Part shown: in pieces, positions 12,421 through 25,861 of the stretch
How positions within the stretch are numbered: the first letter of the stretch is position 1
How the letters are laid out: each line of letters opens with the position of its first letter
Origin: Auanema rhodensis
Taxonomy: Eukaryota > Animalia > Nematoda
DNA length: 64,000 nucleotides
Direction of reading: 5' to 3'
Assembly (NCBI GenBank): GCA_964057225.1
Contig: OZ059897.1
Coordinates: forward strand, 7,192,001-7,256,000
Program-made: the position numbers and the translations under genes
Notes under the pieces: generated by a model
Databases searched by the model: none
What the model was told of the DNA's origin: nothing
What the model saw: the letters and a program-made list of their open reading frames with translations, nothing else

Positions 12421-12778
12421 AGCCTAGAATGTGAGATCAAAAATAAGACTGAAACAAGAAGATCCACAAGAACGAAATATAAGCAGATGAAAACGTGACC
12501 TTCTGAAGAATTGAGAATTTCAGTGATGAATGTAAACACCGCATTGTTCGTAAACGACGTACAGCAGTGAGATCATTGGAAGCAACTACGTGAGAAACAG
12601 CATTTTAAGTTTCACTGTGGTGACACTTCACTTTGAAAAATCTTTATTAGCCAAAAATATGAACATTACCCGATAATTGAGTATATTGATTACATTGTTC
12701 TAATTATACATATAAAAATTGTTCAAGTTATTCTGAGTTTGATAATAATGTCAGCTTCTGAAGCAGTCTATAAGCAGC

Positions 12779-15700
12779 CTAAGCAAGAGCATCATAGTTC
12801 TCGGACTCCTGAATGAGATTTTAGTATGTAAAATCATTTTATACTATATTCTATTTACCTCTTCTATATCTGCAAACCGTGATTTCTTTTTGAGTGCAAG
12901 AGAATCGGGTGAGCACAAGTTTTTGATTTCTAACAAGCTTTCGCGAGTTCGCACAAGAGATTGCTCATCAAATTTGTCGGCACCATACTCGTTGAGTACG
13001 TCCTTCTTCTTTGGAACTTGTCGGATATCTTCTTTACTGAACATGGGTTCATGTTGTTTTTCTTTTCTACTATCTAAAACCAGATGCAAATAAGCGTTAA
13101 GTCAAAACTTATATGTAGCTTACCATCACCTTCGAATACCCAATCTTTCTCACATTGTTCACCTACTAATCGCATGGAGTTGCAACTATTGTTTTGCTCT
13201 TCACGGAATTTCATGGCTTTAGTAGTCTAAATTGTATTCTTAATAACTAGTAAATCCTATCGAATACAAACCACGTCATTGAAATAGTTTCGCAATTCTT
13301 CAGCTTCATCTGTTATGCTGGTTTGTGCTCGAACATTAGCTGATTCTCCAGTCTGGAAACAATTCAAATAATTTTAAATTTAAATTTTTAAAAATACCTC
13401 AATGAGTGTTATTTGATTTCGAAGATCAGTATCTGCTAAGGAATATATATTGTCTCTAAATGCTCCATATGTGCTGATTAACTGCTTGTTACAGTCTTCA
13501 AGAACTTGAGATCCAGTATTGTTTTTGTCTGTGACCGTTTTTCTAAATCAGGTTTGTCAATAAAACTGTTGGTTTCAAATACTACTCACGTTAATTCGCC
13601 CGTGTTTGATGCCACACATTGAGCATTGACTTCTATTTCGCCGATAACTTCCAAAATGTTATCTTCAGATCCTTGTACTGTACTTCTTAGTCGTTCATCG
13701 ATGTCAGCACAATTATCAACAAGATTAACGTTAAGTTCTTGAAGTTTGCTTAAATTCAATAATATTAGTTACATTTAAAGTTATTTTGTTCAAAACCTAG
13801 TTTTTGTATCCACAGCAGATTTGAACGTGCTCAAAGCTTGCATTCCTTGTTCATAAAACGATTTAAGCATATTCTCCATTAAAGCTTTATGCTCATCTGC
13901 AGTTGTACTCATGCTCTGTATTACATTATTGTGTTCTTCAGCATATTTTCCAACGTGTTCACGGTTATCAGCAACCTGAAATAATATTCAATTACCCGAG
14001 AAAAGAATTACTTGAAACATACAATAGCTTCTGAATCTTTAACTAAATCATTTGTTAAAGATTTTATTCGATTAACCATATCATTAAAACTATTTGCCAA
14101 TTCAGATGTTTTTACAGCATGTGATTCAATCGCTTGTCCAACCTACAATCAGATATCTGATTTTGTATTAGATAAGAGTCAACTTACATCGGTGAAAAGT
14201 GAGCTCATTGTCTTGGATTTCTCGGCGACGATAGTTTGAATATTAGATTCAGTTGTTTCAACACTGTTTTTGATATTAGTGTTGAATTGATTAATATTAG
14301 AGCTAACATTCTTTAGAATAGAAGTAATTACTTCAAGATCAGCTTGAATTGAAACTTGGAATGATTCTGCAACAAGGTCATAAGGTCATAATTGAAAGCA
14401 AGACGTTTTCGTGTTTTTTGCATACCTGAGTCAATCAACTTATTTTGGGCGGATTGTGATATGTTATCAACAAAATTACTTGCAACATCAACTGACATCG
14501 ACAAATAGCTATACAACTGCAATGTTCAGAATACATGTTTTTTATTAAAAAAATTAAAAAACAAATACCTTTGCAAAAGAGCCGAATACAAGATCCTTAT
14601 TAGTACTTGCTAACTGGACCATTTCCTCGTCTTTTTTCCATAATTCTTCGATCAGTGCACGTTGCTGTCCAGTGACTTTACATGCCTACGAATTCATTAA
14701 AATTTATTCAAGTTTGTGAAGTTTAAAAAAAACCTGTTTAGCTTGCTGATGACAGCTCTTAGCTACTTCACTGAAATCATCTAGAGCATACTGATAAGCA
14801 CTGAGTTTTTGCTGGCATATTGCTAAATCCTTTTTGGTTAAATCGAGTTCTTGAACACGTGTTTCAAGCTTAGATTGCAATCTCTTATTAGTTTGGTAAG
14901 CAGCCATATATTGTTCATCCATCATTTCCATATCTTCGATAAACTGAAAGAGAAATTAATTATAACAACCTTTTGAATCCAAGTTGACATACCCTTTGAA
15001 GCTTGGCTACCATAATATCCATTTTAGCAGCGAGTTCATTCTTGACAGCAATATCCTTCTCCATATCACTGAAATAAGCTTTGGTTGATTGAAAAGAAGA
15101 TACCAAACACTCACTTATAAGTTTCCTCACTAATGAAAATTCCATTTTTCTCCCGAGCCATTCGCAAATCTCGTCGAAGTTTTTCAATTTCAATGTTATA
15201 TTCCTAATATAATAGATAATATTCACAAAAACAAAATTAATTAATACCTTAAGCAATGCTTTTCTGGAAACTTTTTGATTGCATTCAGGATGATTGCGAA
15301 TAGATTTAGCTCTCATAGCATAATCCAAAGTTGAAATAGATTCTTCATAGTTCGATTGTGATGGAGACATTGTGGCAATAATAGCTGTGATTGTGGAACC
15401 TCCTAGCGAATCTTGGAGAATTCTAGTCAATTTTGACTCTCTGAAAACTCCAATTAACAAGGAAAAGCCTCCTTAAAGTGTACCTGTATGGGATATGAGG
15501 CCCAGATGATGTTAAAGCCGTGATAACTCTGCTAAGAGTTAACAAAGACTGGTTGATATTTCCTGTAAATAGCATATTTTTTCAAATTTGAAACGAAACT
15601 TGTTACGCACCTGCTTCTTTCATTCGTTTTCCCTCAGCCCCAGAACGGCCTATATTCTCAGAACCAGCAAGATCGACAAGATTCAATTTGCCCTATGAAC

Positions 15701-16704
15701 AAATCTTATGTATGAGTTACAACTTTGCTATAAACTTACGGTTTTAACTAATTCTTCACCGCTTTCAGTATTTTCTCTTATTACAACAGAAATAGTAAAA
15801 ATAGAATGAGATCTACTAGAAGCGGTGTTCATCAGAGTTGCAGCTGTAGTTCTCTTATCTGTTCCTCTTTTAAGAATATCATAAACTTCTTTACGAGAAC
15901 GAACGGGAAGTTCTTCAGCTCCAGATACAATGACTGCTCCCTTGAATCAGATCATATAACCATTAACATCTGAATGATGGCTTACCTTCTTTGAAGGATC
16001 ATCGAATATACGCAATTTCTCCCTCTCTTCAGTACCTGATGATAGCAAATCATATATTTCCTCGTTGTATAATTCCAAATATGATACTCGAACGGAATAC
16101 TCTTCAACTCCCTGCAATATCATATTGAACAGTTAAAGGGATGAAACCACAAAATTACAGCATTTTCCAATTCGGCAAAGATAAGTTCAACAGCTCGGGG
16201 AGTCATTCCTGTGTGCACATCAGCTTCAGCAGAATCAGATTCTGCATGCCCTCCTTCCATTGTATAAGTTTTACCTGTTCCTGTTTGACCATAACTAAAT
16301 AAATATATTGCAATGAATTAATCAGAATCAGAACTAACGCGAAGACTGTGCAGTTGAATCCAGCAAGAACTTTTTTAACTTGAGGCATACACACATTTTC
16401 GAAAACATCAGATTGTGTTGAAGATGGAGGATAAACCTAAAGGCAAAGAACAGTACGATTGTCAAACAAATTTTCAAAATTACGTAGTCAAATGGTCCGA
16501 ATTGTTTGTTCTTACAAGATATAAGCTTAGTTATAGTATCGGCTTTAACAACATTTTGACTTTTAGCCCTCTCCTCTTCATTTAGTGGACTAAAAGAAAC
16601 AAAATACCAAAGAAAAACTAACAATCATACCGAACTCTTACTGCAACAAGAACATTGAGCTTCTCTGATGAATTGCTGCCTTTTCTGGGCTTGGTATTAA
16701 TCAT
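12779..16704 (-). CDS. bmk-1: Kinesin-5 (BimC/Eg5 family) motor with coiled-coil stalk, many short introns
   Basis: N-terminal motor motifs [126 protein letters not shown] (kinesin-5 neck). Acceptor ttttag lies just before ATG 16704. Confidence 0.93.
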
Positions 16705-16850
16705 TTTCTAAAATAAAAGATAAAACCTACATGTATATATATGAAAATAATAAAATCTTTCTTTAACAGTCTGATCCAATAAAAGTAAACAACCTGTTAA
16801 GGATAACTAAGCAAGTTGCATTAACGCTTAATATGCTAATGAGTTCAGTA

Positions 16851-16901
16851 TTCAAAATTATATTATTTGGCGCCTATTTTCAACGGGGCGCGAATGCCCC
16901 G
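16851..16901 (-). promoter_or_regulatory. Candidate E2F/DREAM promoter elements of bmk-1
   Basis: On the - strand, TTCGCGCC followed 3 nt later by TTGAAA, and GGCGCCAAA followed by TTTGAA, 150-200 bp upstream of the ATG in otherwise very AT-rich DNA. Confidence 0.5.
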
Positions 16902-18687
16902 ATCTATAGCCAGTGGTATTGCCCCTGCATATGTGAGAAGATGAACATTAGATAGATATAACCATCATCTTATGAACAATGTGAACTTATAAAGTTTATC
17001 GAAAAAGAAACGTATGAGAGTAATACGAGCCTTTTCACAAGAGTGTACTTTAAGTGTTTTACAATAAGTTTAATTGTGTCTATTACCGTACTCCTCATTA
17101 ATTTACTAAATAAAAATCTAAAAATTTATTTTTTTAAATACTAATAAGATATTAATCTTTATTCTTAAATACATTTTCAAATACATATTTCGGAATAACC
17201 CTGGCTTTCAATTCAATTTTTTCCTGAATGTTTAGTAAAGCGGTTGCATTCATTCTTCTATCGTTAATTTTTTTTTCTTCGGAAATGTGGAACTTCATTA
17301 ATTTGTTCTTCTTGCTATGAATACGTTTTCAAATTAAATAAGAAAATTCTATGTAATCACTTCATGGAGCCACATGTTTCATCTATTTTTGAACTTGTAC
17401 ATTTAATTAATTAAAACAAAATTGTTCATGAAAGACTCGTGGTAAGTACAAAGGCATGATACATTTGTAAACTTCAATATCGGTGTGATATTTGAAAAAA
17501 AAAAACAAAAAAATTAATAAAAGAAGGAAATTTTTGCTCGAATTGAACAACTTTATTATCACAGGACTAGTTGAAAATAGCATAATCGAGTATGATAAAT
17601 CTACGAAGAATAGGTGAGTGGAAGAGAAATATAAAAGAAAGAAGAAACTTAAAAGATAAAGTGGGAAATACAAGAAAAAAACAGTACAGAGTGCATATAA
17701 AGCCATGCAATTAAAAAAAACATGAAAAATGAAAAAAAAAAACAAAATAAGTATAAGTATAGAAAAAGCTCAGCTTATAAATGAAGAAAATTATGATAAT
17801 ATTTTCATCAGATGATGTAATGATGAATGATGTGAATGACAGCTAAGTATAAATGCTGAAAAAGCATATAAGTATCATCATCATTATCAACATCATACAT
17901 GAAAATAGATGATAAAGCAATTAAGTCAAAGGGGGAGGGAGGGGGGGGAATAAAAGTAAGAAGCAATCAACTAATGAAAAAAGATTCGAAAATAAAGCAA
18001 GTGCATTCATAGATTACTAAAATCATTAAATACATCACACATATATATATATATATATAGATTGGAAAAAAAAAGTTTCAAAAACAGAAAATACGGTTTA
18101 GGAAAAGGAAGAAGAGTGAGTGAAGAGAAGCTGCATGAAGGAAGATAATCCATTTCTTGAGCTTGTCTTCGAAGTGCTGGTGAAAATGTCTGTGACAATT
18201 AGAAGCTGCTCTTTCCTTTATATCGAAATTACTTAAAAACACATAATCGAACATCATATGTTGATCTTCACATATGATATAAGCATGTGTATTAATGCAA
18301 TTTTGAAGGATTTTGATCTTATAGATCGACTTATTATGCTATATGTGATAGCTGACACTGTCAGTCTATGTACATATATACGAGCGAGAACAAATTAATT
18401 TAAAAGAACAAAATACAAAAAAATTATAAATCATATACTTTAAAATCAAATAAATTAGCTAATTATCTGTTATACTCTGGTCACAACACTTAGAATTCGG
18501 GTCGTTCCCGTGTAAGTTTCTTATATTGAATGTGATGGTGAGAGAACATAGAGATTGTATATGATGCTATTATTAAGATTATTATGATTCCGAAGGACCA
18601 TTGTGTATCGTAGTGTTGAAGGAATTGTGGATGAGTGCGTATGATTGCTTCGAAGCGTATTTCGTTGCCGAAGTATTCAAAGGTGTT

Positions 18688-21600
18688 TTAGATGCCTGAT
18701 TTCGAGAAAGAAACCCGTAGATGAGCATTTTCAGCCAACTTATAGTTGTGCATATGAATTAAGCCTTCAATAGCTGTTTCGACATCATCCAATTGCATCA
18801 GAGCCATTTTGTGGTCTTTTCTGAAAAAAATAAATTATGTGATTTCAGATGAAATGTTTCAATTTTTTATCAATTCATTTCATCTAATTCTCATGGAATT
18901 TTCAATTTGAATTATAAAAAGGAAAAACATATATGGAATACGTTAAAGATTAATTATAAATGAAACCTACGGGAAGAATTTGAATGCTTTCACGGAAAAT
19001 CCATTGTTTTCAAATGCCTCTGTCAATGTCTGTTCTGATACATTTGGTGGAATATTGGATAGATGAAGTGTTGCAGATGGTGGATATATATTCATATAGT
19101 TTTTACTGAAAGAAAAAAATTATATTTGAAAATAAAGAGAGAGAGAGAGAGAGAGAGGGAAAATTTCATGTTTGATCACTCACCTTCCAGGCTTCTTAAA
19201 GCGATGTAATGGAGAATGAGAGTAGTCCCTAGTAAGACCAGCATCTGGTTGTCCTATAAATAATATAAATAATATAATAACATTATAGTTAATAATAGAA
19301 ATTAATTTAATTTATATATTTGAGTTTTACTATATATTATCTTTGCTTACCTTCTTTAGGCATCTGAACATTTGTATGCTTGGATGGAGCCACACGTATA
19401 ACTTTATCGTGCCAACGAACTTTATCCAAATGTTGTAAGGCTGAAAAATAAGGAATAAAACTTTAAATAAAAAGAAGAATGAAAATAAATACAACCGATT
19501 GTGCCGTTTGCAATACTATCAATGAAAGTTTGACGTGACTTTTCACGTGTAATTAACGTTTTATGCCAATTGATTAAGCTATGCCAGAGAAAGTTTAATA
19601 TAAACTCGAAAACGAATGAAAAATAAAAATAAATCACGTTTTACTTCTTGTGATTTGCAATAACGACTGTGCAGGAAAAAGATATGGAAGTGTTAAAACA
19701 GAAAAAAAAGCTTGAAACTACATACCTAATTGAGCTTGTTGAGGCTCACTATATTGAATTAAGGCATTATCTTTCTTATTATAAAGAATTTTTACACGAA
19801 GGACATCTCCATAAACCCCTAAATATAGAAGAATAATTAGTTTTCAATCAAAAAATGTCAAGGAAAAACAGAAAAATTGAAAAACTATAGTATGACATAC
19901 CGAATAGAGTGAAAAGAGCATCGGGTGATACTTTCTGAAAAATAAAAACTATAATTCCAATAATACTATTAATTCAAATTATATGAATTTTTAACTAAAT
20001 AAGCTCGTTTAGACAAGATATTTCATCAAAATACATTTAAATTTTGGATGAATATTCAATAGAAAATCTGATGAAAATTCTATATGAACTTGATTGTACA
20101 ACTTAGTTTGGTAGCATTTTTTTTTCGTTGTTGGAAAAGAAGCATCATTGTGATAGTAAAACTTACATTTTCATCCAAATTTGAGACCAGAATAACTGGT
20201 GTTAATCCTAACACATTAATAGGAAAACGAAGAGCATTAATGGCATTTGCTGGTCCTAAAGCGCTTCCGGTTAAAGCTCCAAGACTTGGTAAATAGGGTG
20301 AAAGAGTAGTTTGACTGGTGTCACCTAAAATAGATTTATAAATAAAATTGAATTAAAAGATTGATTAAGATTAAGGAAGCAGAAATAGGCTTATTCTCAA
20401 ATGTGATTATCATCATCATTCTCATTATGTCATTTGGAACCTCACCCTTTCTACACATATTACTCTGTGCTGCCTCCCCCCCCCCTTCCCTTCATCGTTG
20501 CAGCATTACTTCCCCTACAACTTGATACATATCTCACCATCTTTCAATAAATAGCTATTTCTTCTATATATATATACATATATATACGTTGTGTTTAATT
20601 AAGAATTTTCATGGCTGATTGTTAAAACATAACTATTTCTATTTATCGAAAATATAAATTATATATTGAATTGATGCATATTTAATTATAAAATCATGCG
20701 CATTTATTTTTTAGTTTTATAGATATATAGTTAATCGAATAACTGACCAGCAGCTGCGACCTGTTGTTGAAGGAAAGCTGCAGCCGGATTGGCAGCTCCG
20801 AAAGCAAATGAGTATGGAGAAGCTGCTGGTAGAAGCGAATGAAGTGCTGGAATTCCACCGGCTGAAATGAATTATAATGAATGAAGAGAGCTCCAGAAAC
20901 TGATGATGGAAATGCGGACAAAGCAAGAAGCTGCATAACTAGATGTGGAAAAGAAAAGAAAGATACATATAGTATATAGATATATCGATATATATATAAC
21001 GGCTATTACTACTACTTACTTAGTCCCAACGTTTGCTCAATAGTTATTTCGCCGGAGGGCAACGATGGATTCGTATAATCTCGGCTTTTGTCGTTATTAT
21101 ACTTAACATTCAATGTGCTCAATTTGCTATAGTCAATACGTAATGTACAGCATCTGAAACAAAAAAAAAATTAAATTTCAGATTATCCAAGATGAAAGAG
21201 AAAAGATGACTAATACAGATAGACGTCTATGAGAGACAATGAGTAAAAATGAGAACAATAGGAATTACATTTGAACTTACCCATTGTACACGTTTTGATT
21301 CTCTAAATTCTGTTTTCCAATTTGGGCAGAAGTAGCTTCGTTCATTTGAATAAGAGCTTGGAATGTATCTTAAAAATAAAAATAAAATTTAATTCAAAAA
21401 GTAAAGATTAAGAGAGAGAGAGAGAGAGAGTCAAGATATCAAGCCAAACATAGGGCGAATCCAAATGATCTCCCATCATCTCACATGTCTAATGACAAAA
21501 CCATTTTCTTGATGACATCAAATATAATATACACTATATCATATACTATACTAACTCTTACTTCATTCTTTCATTTCTCTTTCAAAAATTTTAAAAAAAT

Positions 21601-22342
21601 TGAAGGAAAACGCAAAGAAATAAAAACAGAAATGAAGTGAAAGATGAAGATATCATACAGTGATAGTTAAGGCATTATAATAGTCAAGAAAAGAGTTTTT
21701 TTAAAATATAATTATAATAAAATGTAAAAGTTTGATGTTGTTATAAATTACTGAATTAGCTTTAATTCCATAATATTCAGTGCTGATAATAAGTTGTTGA
21801 GTGATGATTTTTGGTAAAAAAAAAGTCTTCACACATGTAACATACACACATATAATTTATGAAAGTTTAAAAGAAACTTAACTTGAAATATTAGAGCATA
21901 AAGTATATGAAAAACTTACTATTTTTGTTGAAAGTGATGATTCGCAGGACTTTGCCATAGCGGGAGAAGAGCTAGAAAGGTGAAGATAAGAGATAGAAAA
22001 GATACAGTAATCGAGTTAGAAACTAAAGGAAATATGGGGAAGATCTGATAGGTAATAGCTTTGAAAGCTCTACTTGAGAGATCTAACTTGATATATCTAT
22101 GTCTATTTAGCTGTCAAAAAGAATTAAAATTAACTTTTTTTTCCGGCATCTTCTCTCTCTAAGCTGAGCTTACACATGCTCACAAGTTATCTTACCCCCA
22201 TCCCTATTTTTCCGTTTTCAGAAGTGAATTTTTTCGTTTTCATTGTTATTACATGCAATTTTCATATAATTTCAATTAAGAAGACGAATCAAACTCAACA
22301 ATATGTATAATATTAGATAGATAGAAAGATAGATAAAAAGAT

Positions 22343-22404
<62 letters not shown>

Positions 22405-24754
22405 AGAAAGAGAGAATGTTATATAGACAGTAAGACACACAAGCTATTAAACGGGTCTTTAATGATTTGTCTCAATAATTTCCGCAATTTTTTACATCCT
22501 TTAACGCTCATTCTATGCATCTAATATCTATGTTTCATGCAAATTTACTGATAAAATGAGTCAAATATGATAGAAAATGATGATAATGGATAGAAAAATT
22601 GAAATCAAGCAAATGTATAAACACAAACAAACAAGTGAATGTGAATTGAAAATCAAAAAATCAAAGATTTCTTTCGTTTTTCTCCTCCATCATCATCATC
22701 ATCATTTCATCAGCTTCTTATTCTTTATCTTATTCTATTTTCCATCTAGATAGACGATAGTAGAAGCTATTGCTTTAACTTACTGAATGAAGAACATCTA
22801 ATGTAACAGGATAGACCATATTCTCAATGATAACCCGTAAGACGCTGCTAGGTTGTTGCTGAGTTCCACCCGTAATATCCAATTGAGATACTGAGGAACT
22901 TCCAGCTGTTCCTGAACCATTCTGTAGCACGTGATTCACCTGCAATAACGATAAGATTACTTGAAGATTCCTCATATAAGTTATAAGTTTGATTTTGCTT
23001 TCAACTTCATGTTTACCTTCTCTCTCATTTTCCCTCTTTCCCACCCCTCTCTATCTTTCTCTTCCCTCTAATCTACATACCACATACTTTTGTCTTTGGT
23101 TGAGCTTACTCAACTAGCCGAACAGCTAATTTATCTTCCTATAGTATTCCAAGCACGGTTTTTCAATTTGTTTTTTCTTAGCAAATAAGAAGAATTTCAT
23201 ATTATTCACGGATTATAACATCTATTTGACTGAATTCTTCCTCCTTTCTTCTCAAAAACTAGCCACAATTATCAAAAATATAATTAAGAAACTTAACTAT
23301 ACTATATGAAGATATTGCCATTTATAATTTTGTTTATTAAAATAAAAATAATTGTTTTTCTATTACGTTTATCTACATTTTTTATTTCTTCACTACTATT
23401 TCATCTTTTTCTTCTTCTTCTTTTTCTGGTCTATCTTCCTCTTTTTCTTCTTCTTCTTCTTCTTCCTCATCATCATCATTCTCCCCATCCTCCTCTTCCT
23501 TTCAACCCAATCGTCACAACCGTAGAATCCTTCATTTTTTCTATTTCTCTCTCTCTCTCTCTATCTATTTATCTCTCTCTCTCTTCCATAACCCTTTTGT
23601 GTTACAATTTGCTGCTCGCATTAAACGTTTTCCTGTTTTTGTGTCTTCCAAGATTTTCCTAACTAGTCACTCTATAATAAGAAACTTGTTTTTTGCTACA
23701 AATAACATATTCAATTGAAATACTATTCAAAAATTATAATTATATTATAGCAAAATTCATAATCAAGCTTCAATTCTTCTTCAATATAAGCATCAACAGC
23801 AGTTTAGTATGCTTATACTCATCTGCTGAATGGTGAGGATGGATACTATCGAGCTATATCTGCTTGATGGGTGATGATGGCACACTTCGTAGACCCAGAT
23901 ATGAGAGTTGAAGAGAAACCTCCGAAGTTTTCTTCTATTCTTCCACAATCTTCACAACTTTCTACCCCGAAGTGCGATTAGGTGTGATCATTCAGACGGA
24001 ATAATGTGATTATCTTTCCGTGTGGCCAGATAACGTGAACCAAGGACTGTCAACTTGTGTCAGAGACGAATCTCATGGATCTCTCGACAACCCCCGATCT
24101 ATACGTAATCCGAATGGCGTGTCCTTATACACACACCTAACAGGGATAGCAACTATTCAGCTAATATACGCAACATGTTTTGGCAAACGAACGTTGATTT
24201 CAAACCTGATGTTCAACTCGAAAAGCATCGTACTGTTGGTACGCTTCAGACATCACCTGAGCAGCCATTCTCTTGGCTTGAACTGCCGTTGTGGTGTCGA
24301 GGGCGGTACACGCCGATCGCTTCGTTGTACTGTAGAGAAAGATAAGTCAATGAAGAATAATGAATGAACGAAATTGAAAATGTAATAGATTTAGAAAAAA
24401 AATTTAAATGAAGGGAATACTTGATCAGATTTTACGATTTAAGAGAATAAAAAATGAAAATTCTTCAATGAAAAACGAATAAGCCAATCGCTATGCAACT
24501 GAAAGCAGATAGTAGGAGATGAAGAAAAAAAGAAAAAATTAGTTAAAAATATTTATTGAGTTGATGAAACGGATGATGTTGATGAAGAAGTCTACTACTA
24601 CTGCTGGATACTGGAAGAATAGATGGAAGATCCTTGAGTATGAGCTAACCAATGTTGGATTACGTGTTAATGGCAACAAACAGACGTACATGAACACATA
24701 TAATGTGTTGGAGGTTAACTAGGAGCTCAGTTTGGATGACAAATAGAAGGAAAT

Positions 24755-24804
<50 letters not shown>

Positions 24805-25802
24805 TGGATATATGGAAGTGAAGACTAAGAGCGATTCACTCTAGTAGTACGGCGTCAACTAACTACTCATCAACATCAAAAATAAAATAAATGGATGGAT
24901 ATAGATGGTGGAAGTAACGATGGTAAAGGCTGATGAGAAGGATGATGTCATGTTAAATGAGAAAGATCACAAACCTAGGCATTGATGCTATAGTTTTCTG
25001 AGTCATTTGACGATTTCACATTATGCTGCTTCTCCGTTGGAATAACTGTGTAAGGGATTGTCTGCTAGCGAGCTGGAGCTACGTGGCTAGAAGCAACAGA
25101 AGACAATACACAGACGAAGTACAGGATACAGATGATGATTATGATGATGAACGAGAAATAATTGGGGGTAGACAAGAGATAGCTAGTACGTAGAATTCGG
25201 TAGTATGTGTTCAAGGGTTTCAGAAGACACACACATACACGCACACGCTCTGTCTCTTTTTTTCTCTTTTTGTGATGAGATGGTAGAGGAGAGTATGACG
25301 ATGAATAGCAGAGATACTATGTAGTAGAGTGAAAAGACAAGATATCTATATATATTTATATGTAGATAGATAGAGAATGAGAGAGAGAGAGAGAAAGAGA
25401 GAAAGAGAAAAAGAGAGGTGGAGAAAGAGAGAGAGAGAACGCGGGTTATGGGCGGTCCAATATTCGCATTCACATAGGGCTTGATTGGCTAGGGCCACAA
25501 CTGAACGATCGAAACTACAACGACAACATCAGGTTGATGACGTCGGAAAACAGATGTCTTCACGAACTAGACAGTATTTTCAAACTTAGTATTAAAATTT
25601 TAATGAATGATATCTGAAGAGGCTAAGTTGGGTCGGAAAACAACATGAATCAGGTGGGGAGAGGGTGAGAGGGTGAGGAAGGATGATTGAGGAGAAGAGG
25701 ATTAGAATCCTCAGATAAAATAGGCTATACTAGAAAGTAGAAAAAGAGAGGGATAGTGATGTGCTGAGAGAGAGAGGGGTAGAGATATAGATATATATAG
25801 AA

Positions 25803-25861
<59 letters not shown>

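Noticed and set aside
16884-16930. Possible tRNA or Pol III gene (GC stem plus TAGCCAGTGG A-box-like sequence)
   Set aside because: No cloverleaf, B-box or T-loop; better explained as promoter elements.
17451-17456. miR-124 seed match (UGCCUU) downstream of ptb-1, echoing vertebrate miR-124/PTBP1 regulation
   Set aside because: Only a 6-mer, >1.2 kb from the stop, and the 3' UTR end is unknown; expected by chance.
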